A stretch of 29,598 nucleotides of DNA from a virus. Taxonomy: Duplodnaviria > Caudoviricetes. Position numbers and translations under genes: made by a program. This document shows, piece after piece, positions 10,521 to 18,960 of this stretch. Position 1 is the stretch's first letter, and each line of letters begins with the position of its first letter. Where the stretch lies: positions 1 through 29,598 of IMG/VR virus record IMGVR_UViG_3300017949_000039. One strand, given 5' to 3'. Under the pieces are notes generated by a model. That model did not search any database. It saw nothing but the letters and a program-made list of their open reading frames with translations, and was not told the origin of the DNA.

Positions 10521-11402
10521 ATGGCTAGAAAAGTACATGGTGGTGTAGCAGGAGGATCAGGATTAGGTGGATTAAGCGCATCCAATACTACTCTTACTGC
10601 ACAAGAAAATGCGAATATTACAATTGATCCTACAGGGACAGGTATAGTCGAATTAGATGGTCATACTTTAATGAAAAATCAAAGCGCATTGCGTTTTGGT
10701 GATGCTGACAGCACCAACTATGTAGGATTTCAAGCACCGGCAACAATCACAGGCGATTTAACTTGGGTACTACCGGATCAGGACGCAACCGCAGCAAATC
10801 AATCATTGGTATCAGATGCATCAGGTACATTAAGTTGGGTAACAACTGGCGCACAGATTACAGATGATACTTCAGGAAGTTCAGCAGAATACCTAATCTT
10901 TGGAACTGCCACAAGCGGAACATTACTTCAAGTATCAACATCAAGTTCTAAACTAACATATACTCCAAGCACGGGTGAAATTAACTGTGATGCAATGCTA
11001 GTAGATGGAACTGTAAGATCATTAAGAACAGAAGTAACACAAACCACAGCATATACTATTGCGTTGTCTGACAGAGACAAGGTGGTTAACATGAACAACG
11101 GAACGGACGTTCAGGTAATTATTCCAAATGATTCAACAACAAACTTTCCTGTGGGATCAGTGGTACACATTAACAGAACAGGTTCAGGAAACGTTACGTT
11201 AACAAAAGAAGCAGGTGTTACAGTAAACAAAGAAGGCTTAATGTTCGCAAACGAAGAATTATTAGTGAGAAAAAGAGCAGCGAATAATTGGATAGTAGTT
11301 GATCACATTCCACTCACAGCAGCAAGCGGTGGATCTCAATCACAAGCGGGCGGTTATCAAATTAGCCAGTTTAATAGTAACGGGACATACAGCGTAGAAT
11401 AA
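10521..11402 (+). CDS. Putative tail fibre/structural protein (293 aa)
   Basis: AGGA SD; fibre-type motifs LRFGDADSTNYVGFQAP, LVSDASGTLSW and the C-terminal TTAYTIALSD...IPNDSTTNFPVGSVVHI module typical of phage fibre proteins. Confidence 0.75.
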   Translation: MARKVHGGVAGGSGLGGLSASNTTLTAQENANITIDPTGTGIVELDGHTLMKNQSALRFGDADSTNYVGFQAPATITGDLTWVLPDQDATAANQSLVSDASGTLSWVTTGAQITDDTSGSSAEYLIFGTATSGTLLQVSTSSSKLTYTPSTGEINCDAMLVDGTVRSLRTEVTQTTAYTIALSDRDKVVNMNNGTDVQVIIPNDSTTNFPVGSVVHINRTGSGNVTLTKEAGVTVNKEGLMFANEELLVRKRAANNWIVVDHIPLTAASGGSQSQAGGYQISQFNSNGTYSVE

Positions 11403-11405
11403 ATA
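11400..11405 (+). promoter_or_regulatory. Late promoter core TAAATA overlapping the upstream stop codon
   Basis: AATAAATA, then AGGAG SD and ATG 11424. Confidence 0.55.
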
Positions 11406-11423
11406 TGTATACAGGAGAACATA

Positions 11424-12449
11424 ATGCCATTTATTAGTAGTATTAGAGGAAACTATGACACGCCAAAAAAAGATGGCGAGAGTATCCTTGACAAATTTGA
11501 GATTACTGGCGGTAATCAAGTATACACAGCAGGTGGATACAGAATCCACATGTTTACAGATGACGGAACATTTAGCGTAAAGGCAAAAGATCCTGCACTA
11601 CAAGGAATGCTAGGGTTAGTCAAAGGCGCACTAACCATTGAAGGAATATTCATCGGTGGTGGCGGAGCAGGTGGCGGACGCCACGGCGGCGGAGGCGGCG
11701 GAGGCGGCATGGTCGTTACCGGCGGAGCAGCACTACCAGCAGGAGACTTTACAATTGGCCGAGGTGGCGGTGGCGCACAGTCAGGAACTGATGACGTTTC
11801 CGGTAACACAACGGGCGGAAATACTACTTTCTCAGGGCCAACAATTTCAACAATCACTGCAAACGGTGGCGGACGTGGTGGTAACCACAGAAACTATCGT
11901 CCAGGACACCCAGGTGGATCGGGCGGTGGTGCATCACACCTAGGTGGTGGTGGTGGTAACAACCAAGGCGGCCAACCTTTATCCGGTACAGGTTATGGCG
12001 GACATGGCGGATCATCGGGTCCACATGGTGCAGGTGGAGGCGGCGCTGGAGGCGGCGGCCAAAACTCAGGACCATCAGGTGGTGGCTACGGCGGTAACGG
12101 AAGACAGAGTTCAATCACAGGAACAAACTATTATTGGGCAGGCGGTGCAGGCGGCGGCTGGCATCCAGGCAATGCTCCACAACCACACGGAGGCTTTGGC
12201 GGCCTAGGTGGCGGTGGCGGTGGCGGTGGCGGCCCAGCAGGACAGAACAACGGCGGTGGATCCGCACTCAACGCAGGCGCAGGTGGAGATCACAGAACCA
12301 ACGGAAACGGTGGTCAGGGTGGAACCAATACCGGCGGTGGTGGCGGTGGTGGTGCTGAAAACCCAAGCCACGGTAACTCACATCCAGGTGGTAACTCGTA
12401 CGGTGCTGCTGGTGGTCCAGGAATCGTTGTTGTAAGATACTTGTTGTAA
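11424..12449 (+). CDS. Glycine-rich (polyglycine II-type) putative adhesin/receptor-binding protein (341 aa)
   Basis: GGYRIHMFTDDGTF start motif, IGGGGAGG...GGGGGGG runs and the C-terminal GGPGIVVVRY signature of phage glycine-rich domains; AGGAG SD. Confidence 0.8.
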   Translation: MPFISSIRGNYDTPKKDGESILDKFEITGGNQVYTAGGYRIHMFTDDGTFSVKAKDPALQGMLGLVKGALTIEGIFIGGGGAGGGRHGGGGGGGGMVVTGGAALPAGDFTIGRGGGGAQSGTDDVSGNTTGGNTTFSGPTISTITANGGGRGGNHRNYRPGHPGGSGGGASHLGGGGGNNQGGQPLSGTGYGGHGGSSGPHGAGGGGAGGGGQNSGPSGGGYGGNGRQSSITGTNYYWAGGAGGGWHPGNAPQPHGGFGGLGGGGGGGGGPAGQNNGGGSALNAGAGGDHRTNGNGGQGGTNTGGGGGGGAENPSHGNSHPGGNSYGAAGGPGIVVVRYLL

Positions 12450-12481
12450 TCACAATAACTAAATCCAAAAACGGCTGACAA

Positions 12482-12487
12482 TAAATA
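12482..12487 (+). promoter_or_regulatory. Late promoter core TAAATA, 5 nt before ATG (leaderless)
   Basis: AATAAATA-TCTGT-ATG; no SD upstream. Confidence 0.6.
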
Positions 12488-12492
12488 TCTGT

Positions 12493-13143
12493 ATGGAACA
12501 GAAACAGTTTGTCACAGATTCAGCATACGCAGCCAATGCCAAAAACGATAAGGTAATATATCCTTTTGGACCACCTATATTTCAAACAACATTAACACAA
12601 GAAATAGTCCAATCTTTGCTTGACGAATCAAAAAAATTATCAGAAAAGGATGATTTTAATCATAACCTTGCCGGTAATTTGAAGTATGGAAGAAGTTATA
12701 CCTTCAGCGACGAGTATAAAACAGAAATGGAACCTGTTCTCAAGGATAAGGTTAATACATTCTTTGATATGATAAGAATGCAGTATAAGGGTGCTGTGGA
12801 TGTAGAACAGTACAAAAATATTAAGTTAGAAAGTCTTTGGGTAAACTTTAATAAGAAACACGATTTTAATCCTCCGCACGACCACAAAGGAGTTTTATCA
12901 TTTGTGATATACTGTAGCGTTCCGCAAGAAATTTTAGAAAATCAAGCAGACACAAATACACCAGTTGCGGGTAGTATTGTTTTTGAATATGGTGAAAAGA
13001 TATGCACGTTCATGCATCATTATTTTAAAGTCAATCCTTTTGATAATCTAATGCTTATATTTCCTGCAGGATTAAAACACTATGTTCCACCTTTCTGGAC
13101 AGATCATACTAGAATAAGTGTAAGTGGAAATTTTATTCTATGA
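12493..13143 (+). CDS. Putative 2OG-Fe(II) oxygenase (HxH type)
   Basis: WVNF...NPPHDH.G.LSFVIY...LIFPAGLKHYV...RISVSGNF: a double-stranded beta-helix with HxH...H metal ligands and the RxS 2OG-binding motif. Confidence 0.85.
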   Translation: MEQKQFVTDSAYAANAKNDKVIYPFGPPIFQTTLTQEIVQSLLDESKKLSEKDDFNHNLAGNLKYGRSYTFSDEYKTEMEPVLKDKVNTFFDMIRMQYKGAVDVEQYKNIKLESLWVNFNKKHDFNPPHDHKGVLSFVIYCSVPQEILENQADTNTPVAGSIVFEYGEKICTFMHHYFKVNPFDNLMLIFPAGLKHYVPPFWTDHTRISVSGNFIL

Positions 13144-13700
13144 TAAAAAACAAATTAGAATGTGTTTATCTTAAATCTAAATTTTCTGAACACGAAAAAA
13201 TAAAAAATACGCTACTTGATTTATTAGGCAATGCACCGTTTAAATCTCCTATGGTAGAAATTGCTGAAGTCAACATTACTAAGACTGATTGGTTTGATTC
13301 ACAGAACTTTGATAGACCGTGGTTCAAATATATTAAGAATTCATTAACTTCACATGCACTTGATATGTATAGAGAATTAGGCTTCGGTAGTTATAAACTA
13401 AATGAAATTTGGTTTCAGCAGTATTTAGAAAATAGTGAACACGGCTGGCACACGCATAGTGCTAATTTTACTAATGTTTATTATCTTGAATTACCAGACG
13501 ATTCACCAAGAACACAACTAATCGAACCGTATACAGGAAATAAAATAACACTAGATGTAAAAGAGGGTGACGTTGTAGTATTTCCAAGTTTTATACTTCA
13601 TAAAACACTACCTAATACAAGTGTAAATAGAAAGACAATAATATCATTTAATGTAGATGCAATCTATACCGATGATATCTACGGAAAAGGAGTTAAATAA
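13140..13700 (+). CDS. Putative 2OG-Fe(II) oxygenase (HxH type)
   Basis: WFQQY...HGWHTH...VYYL...EGDVVVFPSFILH...RKTIISFN; ATGA overlap with the previous gene. Confidence 0.85.
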   Translation: MIKNKLECVYLKSKFSEHEKIKNTLLDLLGNAPFKSPMVEIAEVNITKTDWFDSQNFDRPWFKYIKNSLTSHALDMYRELGFGSYKLNEIWFQQYLENSEHGWHTHSANFTNVYYLELPDDSPRTQLIEPYTGNKITLDVKEGDVVVFPSFILHKTLPNTSVNRKTIISFNVDAIYTDDIYGKGVK

Positions 13701-13704
13701 CAGT

Positions 13705-14091
13705 ATGCCATTTTTTAAAACAACCTACAATATTGTAGTAGACAGCGGAGAACATTTTGAATCTAAGTGGATGGATTCAAACGAATTACAATTACCACCA
13801 AAACAGGATTGGGATTATTCCAGAGAATTAAACATCGACGATGTTGATCTTTGGGAAGTTATCTACGAAGATAGTGCAACATTTGGATTATACGCTGCAT
13901 GGCTTCCGTATGCTGAGTTTTATTTGATGAGATTCGGATGGAACGAACGTCAGGGAGAATCACCTAAACTAGAAACATTTTACGGCAAAGGAGCATTACA
14001 AAGAGTTGTTAATAGAGCCAAATCATTTGGTGTTGATTTAGCAATGCACAAGCATTGGGTAGATAACGATAAAATGTGGTTATATTCTTAA
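13705..14091 (+). CDS. Hypothetical protein (128 aa), paralog of 18961..19320
   Basis: Start reassigned to ATG 13705 (TAAATA 13694-13699 lies 5 nt upstream, and AAGGAG is also present). Shares IDDxxLWExI...GxYAA.xPxxExY...ExFYG with 18961..19320. Confidence 0.75.
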   Translation: MPFFKTTYNIVVDSGEHFESKWMDSNELQLPPKQDWDYSRELNIDDVDLWEVIYEDSATFGLYAAWLPYAEFYLMRFGWNERQGESPKLETFYGKGALQRVVNRAKSFGVDLAMHKHWVDNDKMWLYS

Positions 14092-15563
14092 CTGTCTCTT
14101 AATTCAAGATGGTCTCTGATTATTGAGATCATCTTTTTATGGCCCATGGTTTCCATGGTTTCGTCTTTCTGAGCAATTTCCTTAATAACACGATCAGCAT
14201 CATCCTTGATATCTTGATTCTGCATCATGTATTCATTTAAAATTGCTTTTCTATCGAATAAATTAAGACCTTCCATCACTACGGTAAAGTTATCGTGCCA
14301 AAACAAGCAATAATCTGTTTGATCATTAAAGTTTTCTGGATTAGGAAGTTTGTTCCTCCAAATTTCTAATTTCTTTCCAAGACTATCGGGTAGTGGAGCA
14401 TTTTGTAAGTCTTTCCAAAAGGGAGTATCTTGCCTTGGTGTTATGTAATGTAACACAAGAAAGTCTCTTATGTTCTCCATAATTTTTACAAACGAATGAT
14501 TATAGGTATCAATAACCTTTTCATCATAATTGATAATCTTATAAAGCAATATAAATGCTTGTTGTATGCTAGTTCCAATCGATGATGCTTCTAACGGCTC
14601 AACAAAACTTCCGCTAAGTCCGATAGCAACACAATTCTTAATCCATGCACGATCAATATGACCTGGGTCAAACTTAAATTCTTTTCCTATATTAATTTCT
14701 TTGCCGTAAAGTTTTTCAACTTCTGCTTTTGCTTGGTCCTTGTCAATGTAATCGCTATCATAAATGTACCCATTGCCGTGCCTACCCCAGACAGGAATTC
14801 TAAATAGCCAACCTGCATCCATTGCATGCGCCAATGTCCATAGATTATATTCTGATGTGTCTTCTGTTTGGAATGTGATTGCCGCCTTCATTTTTAAAAC
14901 GTCACCAAAGGATTGCCACTTTCCTCCTAGTTTATCCATTAACAATCTTTTAAAACCTGTGGCGTCAATATAGAAATCATAATCGTATTCCATATTGTTA
15001 CCTTTTAGTTTGTCAATTTCTCCATCTTGATTTAACATAACATCTTGGATATCATCCTCATAGATTCCAATACCAGTTTTCTTAGCATGCTTGATCATGA
15101 AATCATTAAGTTTATGTGTGTTAAAGTGAAATTGATTGAATGGAGGGTTTTCTTTATTGTTTAGCCAAAATTGTTCTAGTTTGTTATTCCACAAAAGACC
15201 ACTATTTACGTAATCGATATTGTTTCCAATCTGCCTAGCGTATACGTGTGGATACAAACCCATCTTATTATTGAAAGGTTCGCCAACACTATGCAAATAA
15301 TTTTTAGGACCCCAATTAGTAAACATAATACCAGACTTGTATGTAGCATCACACTCTTTGATAATCTGATGTTGATTAATTCCTGCAAAATTCATAAAGT
15401 TGCGAAAGTGTTCAGTAGATCCTTCGCCGACTCCTACAATGCCAATGTTCTTTGAATGGACAACATCTACTTTTAAATTGCTAAGTCCCTTCTTGAGGAT
15501 TATTGCAGCAATTAATCCTGCTGTTCCTCCTCCTACAACTAATACGCTTTTTGGACTCTTCAT
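14088..15563 (-). CDS. Flavin-dependent halogenase, tryptophan halogenase (PrnA/RebH/VirX1) family
   Basis: VVGGGTAG FAD-binding motif, GVGEGS, ATYKSGI carrying the catalytic Lys equivalent, WLFRIP (variant of WxWxIP), FVEPLEASSIG and the C-terminal LHY...DTPFW. Confidence 0.9.
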   Translation of the reverse strand: MKSPKSVLVVGGGTAGLIAAIILKKGLSNLKVDVVHSKNIGIVGVGEGSTEHFRNFMNFAGINQHQIIKECDATYKSGIMFTNWGPKNYLHSVGEPFNNKMGLYPHVYARQIGNNIDYVNSGLLWNNKLEQFWLNNKENPPFNQFHFNTHKLNDFMIKHAKKTGIGIYEDDIQDVMLNQDGEIDKLKGNNMEYDYDFYIDATGFKRLLMDKLGGKWQSFGDVLKMKAAITFQTEDTSEYNLWTLAHAMDAGWLFRIPVWGRHGNGYIYDSDYIDKDQAKAEVEKLYGKEINIGKEFKFDPGHIDRAWIKNCVAIGLSGSFVEPLEASSIGTSIQQAFILLYKIINYDEKVIDTYNHSFVKIMENIRDFLVLHYITPRQDTPFWKDLQNAPLPDSLGKKLEIWRNKLPNPENFNDQTDYCLFWHDNFTVVMEGLNLFDRKAILNEYMMQNQDIKDDADRVIKEIAQKDETMETMGHKKMISIIRDHLELRDS

Positions 15564-16258
15564 AGTAAATTTTCCTTTATTTCTCTTAGTGCTAGTTTTT
15601 TGTTTTTAAAAATCCTATAGTAGTTCTCTAATTTTCTTAATGGTTGCCATATTTGATTACAGGCAAATCCATCAGCAATTAATTCTGATATTCGTTGAGT
15701 TGGTCTAAATTGTTTAAAATTAATTTTCTCGTCTGTATGAAATCTAAGATACGTAAACACTTCATCCTGTTGGATTTTAAATTCATTATAATCTTTTTTC
15801 AAGTAAAACGCAAACTCAGTATTCCTAAACCATTTTCCGATATCAAATTGACCTGCAACTATCATGCATCGTTCTGTAATATTATTATCTTCTAAATACG
15901 GATACTCATAGAAAGTAACTGGTAGGCTATCCTCTTCTGTGAAGAATAGAAAACACTGTTTGAAAGAAAACAATCTTCTCTTGATATCTCTTATATTTAC
16001 ATGCATATCAAAAAACTCTTGATCTCGATCAGGAGACCAAACTTTATCCCCATCGATCTTAAATGAATAATCGTATATAGATCTTAATGCATAAACATTT
16101 TTAAGATTCTTATTAAATGATGGACAATAGTTTAATTGTGCATTTAGATTATCTGTATCGTGCATATCTTTTTCATAGAATAATTTAGCAACAGATTCTG
16201 GTTCTTTTGCTAACATCCATTCTCTTTCTAAACTTGCCCAATATACTGTAATTGCCAT
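15560..16258 (-). CDS. Hypothetical protein (232 aa) with YCPSF motif
   Basis: Start reassigned to ATG 16258 (MAITVYW; purine-rich GAGAGAG upstream). Stop overlaps the halogenase start (ATGA). Appears distantly related to 16911..17663. Confidence 0.7.
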   Translation of the reverse strand: MAITVYWASLEREWMLAKEPESVAKLFYEKDMHDTDNLNAQLNYCPSFNKNLKNVYALRSIYDYSFKIDGDKVWSPDRDQEFFDMHVNIRDIKRRLFSFKQCFLFFTEEDSLPVTFYEYPYLEDNNITERCMIVAGQFDIGKWFRNTEFAFYLKKDYNEFKIQQDEVFTYLRFHTDEKINFKQFRPTQRISELIADGFACNQIWQPLRKLENYYRIFKNKKLALREIKENLL

Positions 16259-16272
16259 AAAATTCTCTCTCG

Positions 16273-16908
16273 TTAATACCAATCTGTTTCTGTTCTAATA
16301 ATGTATGATTTTCTATCCAACATCTTTTTGTTAATTCCTAAATTGTCTCTCTTATCAAATTTCCAATCAGCATGTGGTCCGTTCTTATCAACATAATGGA
16401 AAAATCCTTGCACATGATAATGTTTTTCCTTGGGCATGAACTTTTCTCTCCAGTGTTTAAGATCACATCCTCTATAAGCAACCATATCTCCAGGTTTTAA
16501 ATCAACTGATTCTCCTTCCATGTAAATGGGCCAATTATAGGAATTATCGTAACTATAACCAAAACAAATAGTTGTTGAAATTTCACAGGCTGGTCTATCC
16601 TTGTGTGGAATTAGTTCATCTCCGTTTCTATATACCCTAAAATACGAATAAGTTGGTGATAGTTCTAGTCCTGTATTTTTTTCCACCGCAGTTCTAACGT
16701 GTAAAAGAATAGTTTCCATTAGAGGATCTGCATATTTAGAATGTGCATCAGGAACCTGTGCATTATTACCTGCTGCATTTTTTTCAGGAGATAAATTTTG
16801 TAATTCGTCAAACAGTGCATATTGAGTAACAATATCAACAATATCTTTTGTCAATACTCCGTTAACTCTAGTATATCCTTTGTTTTTAAACTCTTTTACA
16901 TTCTCCAT
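16273..16908 (-). CDS. Putative 2OG-Fe(II) oxygenase (HxD type)
   Basis: PTYSYFRVY...LIPHKDRPACEISTT...WPIYM...PGDMVAYRGCDLKHWRE...QGFFHYV: HxD...H triad of a phage-type oxygenase family. Confidence 0.85.
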   Translation of the reverse strand: MENVKEFKNKGYTRVNGVLTKDIVDIVTQYALFDELQNLSPEKNAAGNNAQVPDAHSKYADPLMETILLHVRTAVEKNTGLELSPTYSYFRVYRNGDELIPHKDRPACEISTTICFGYSYDNSYNWPIYMEGESVDLKPGDMVAYRGCDLKHWREKFMPKEKHYHVQGFFHYVDKNGPHADWKFDKRDNLGINKKMLDRKSYIIRTETDWY

Positions 16909-16910
16909 TC

Positions 16911-17663
16911 TTACCCCCTATGGAAAGGACACTTTGAAACTTTTTTATAAATTTCTTTTTTCTTCTTGTATCCTTCATCATCTCTTATTATTAGGTTATA
17001 CACACCCGTTAACCTATTCCACTCTCTGTCGTCAACAAGATGCGTTTTTATTTCGACTTTCTTGTCAGTCAAAGGATGCAACATTATCATAGGCATTAGC
17101 GGTGGAATATTTAATACCCTTTCTTCATCCTTATTGATTACAAACATATTAATATTTGTAAAGTGTTGATATTTATAATTTACAACGGCTGGTAATACAG
17201 AAAAATGCGTAAGCATATCTCTGTGATTCCATGTCGGTTGTGTTACTAAAAAATCTACTTTCTGTTTGGTCTTAAGAACCCAAGGAGTTTCGATCTTAAT
17301 ATTCTTTCCATCAAATCCTGCAAAGTTTTCAAACTGATAAGGTGCATGCGATTTAGAAACATCAAAATCGTTGTTTGAACTCTGAAAACTATACCATCTT
17401 TCTTCCGGATCATTTTTCGAATGTATTGTAATATTAGTTTCAAACCACGAAGGCATAACAATACCCGTGGCATAGTAATCAATAAATCCAGGACAATTTT
17501 TAATTGTTCCGTGTTCCTTTCCTTCGATTGTTCTAGGAGTATTTTTCCACCAGTCGGGAATAAATTTAACTGCCTTGTCTATTTTTGCGAAGTCATAGAC
17601 ATATGGTAGATTGGTAAAGCAATCTAGTGTAACCGTTGATCTTTTAAAAAAGAAACTAAACAT
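16911..17663 (-). CDS. Hypothetical protein (250 aa) with TIKNCPGF motif
   Basis: Long ORF in the operon; PDWWK...TIKNCPGFIDY...KIETPW...LPAVVN pattern; ends in KCPFHRG. Confidence 0.75.
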   Translation of the reverse strand: MFSFFFKRSTVTLDCFTNLPYVYDFAKIDKAVKFIPDWWKNTPRTIEGKEHGTIKNCPGFIDYYATGIVMPSWFETNITIHSKNDPEERWYSFQSSNNDFDVSKSHAPYQFENFAGFDGKNIKIETPWVLKTKQKVDFLVTQPTWNHRDMLTHFSVLPAVVNYKYQHFTNINMFVINKDEERVLNIPPLMPMIMLHPLTDKKVEIKTHLVDDREWNRLTGVYNLIIRDDEGYKKKKEIYKKVSKCPFHRG

Positions 17664-17665
17664 TA

Positions 17666-18301
17666 TTAAAAATTATTTCTATCTCTAATCCAAGTTACAA
17701 GACCGTACTTGGTGCCTTGTCTTACAGGATGTGCAATGTGTGCATATGCAAAGTTTGATGGAAATAGTATCATCATTCCTGCCTGTGGTTTGATTGTAAT
17801 TCCGTAATTTGGAAACTCTAGTTCTCCGCCTTCGTAATCATCGTTTAGATATATTAATGCTGAAATAACCCTTCCGATATCAGTTGATCCGTCGTAGTGT
17901 TTTTTGTATTCCTGTCCACCAGTGTATCTTAATAGTTGATAATCTTCATGATACATTTCTTCCTCAATTCCATATCTTCTAGCATAAGGAACACTAGAAG
18001 CAAGAAGATTCATTCTCATTTGATTATGTATATTCTGACAAACCTTGCTTTCAGCCATAGTAGCCAGTTGGCTAACAGGTAAAACCATGTTTGTTCTTTG
18101 TGTACTAAAGGGTCCATTTCCAAAAGTTTCGGCCTTTGTCCAATGAACACCTGAATCTGGGTTTGCGACTTCAGCCTCTATATTTTTAATTGTTTCTAAT
18201 GGGTTGGGCCAAGCCTTTTCGTAGATGCTGATACAACCACCAACTACGCTATCGGGGGTTATTTCTCCAGGATAAAACCCTCCTATCTGGAATTGAGCCA
18301 T
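17666..18301 (-). CDS. Prolyl 4-hydroxylase-like 2OG-Fe(II) oxygenase
   Basis: LLRY..GQEYKKHYD...RVISALIYLNDDYEGGELEF...KPQAG..ILFPS...H...PV..GTKY is the P4H/2OG-FeII_Oxy_3 signature; AGGAG SD. Confidence 0.9.
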   Translation of the reverse strand: MAQFQIGGFYPGEITPDSVVGGCISIYEKAWPNPLETIKNIEAEVANPDSGVHWTKAETFGNGPFSTQRTNMVLPVSQLATMAESKVCQNIHNQMRMNLLASSVPYARRYGIEEEMYHEDYQLLRYTGGQEYKKHYDGSTDIGRVISALIYLNDDYEGGELEFPNYGITIKPQAGMMILFPSNFAYAHIAHPVRQGTKYGLVTWIRDRNNF

Positions 18302-18339
18302 TTATTCTTAATCTCCTAACTTCGCATTAACTATGCATA

Positions 18340-18347
18340 TATTTATA
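18340..18347 (-). promoter_or_regulatory. Perfect T4 late promoter TATAAATA driving the minus-strand enzyme operon
   Basis: The + strand TATTTATA at 18340-18347 reads TATAAATA on the minus strand, 38 nt upstream of ATG 18301. Confidence 0.75.
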
Positions 18348-18381
18348 GCCTGGTTCGCTCATAACTTTTAATCTTGATCAT

Positions 18382-18397
18382 TAAATAGTGATAAATA
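18382..18397 (+). promoter_or_regulatory. Tandem late promoter cores (TAAATA at 18382-18387 and 18392-18397)
   Basis: Two TAAATA 10 nt apart, upstream of a GGAG SD and ATG 18426; divergent from the 18340 promoter. Confidence 0.55.
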
Positions 18398-18425
18398 AAA
18401 GAGTATATTACGGAGCCAAAAAAAC

Positions 18426-18959
18426 ATGATAATCAAAGCAATATTTGATACAGTAAAACTTAAATGGGTTTTTGAAACAGTCAACGATAATGGTCTTGCA
18501 GAAAGATTAGATGCAATAATTGTGTCGGATGCTGAAGTAACCTTTGTAACACACGTAAAATTTGGTATTTCTGTATCTAATAAAGAGGGTGTCGTTGCCG
18601 AAACATCCTGGCCTCCAAACGGTGCAAAATGGGAAACAACTGACAAAACTCCTGTTACAAACATGCATCTTGACCTAGTTGCTGACACCGATTATGTAAT
18701 AACAACTTGGGCAAGCATTAACGATACATCCGATAGGATCACAGGAACATTTGATTATAAAAAATCAAGACCTGCACAACCTTATCCAAGTTGGACTTGG
18801 GACGGAAATACATGGGTTGCACCAACACCATCTCCTGCAACCGAAGATACATTTTATAAATGGGACGAAGCATCTACATCATGGGTTAAAATTGATAATG
18901 TTGCTTGGGCAACCGATTATAAAGATCCAGACGCAAAAAATCCAAAATTAGATACCTAG
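18426..18959 (+). CDS. Hypothetical protein with Trp/Pro-rich C-terminus (possible fibre-associated or assembly protein)
   Basis: PAQPYPSWTWDGNTWVAPTPSP...YKWDEASTSW resembles small proteins that commonly accompany phage Gly-rich fibre genes; GGAG SD. Confidence 0.7.
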   Translation: MIIKAIFDTVKLKWVFETVNDNGLAERLDAIIVSDAEVTFVTHVKFGISVSNKEGVVAETSWPPNGAKWETTDKTPVTNMHLDLVADTDYVITTWASINDTSDRITGTFDYKKSRPAQPYPSWTWDGNTWVAPTPSPATEDTFYKWDEASTSWVKIDNVAWATDYKDPDAKNPKLDT

Positions 18960-18960
18960 T

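Noticed and set aside
11516-12468. Many overlapping alternative ORFs over the Gly-rich gene
   Set aside because: These are shadow frames caused by GGN codon runs lacking stops; they have no SD or promoter support.
12493-18301. Bacterial secondary-metabolite cluster (pyrrolnitrin/rebeccamycin-like)
   Set aside because: No scaffold-building enzymes, transporters or regulators; flanked by virion genes and phage late promoter elements.
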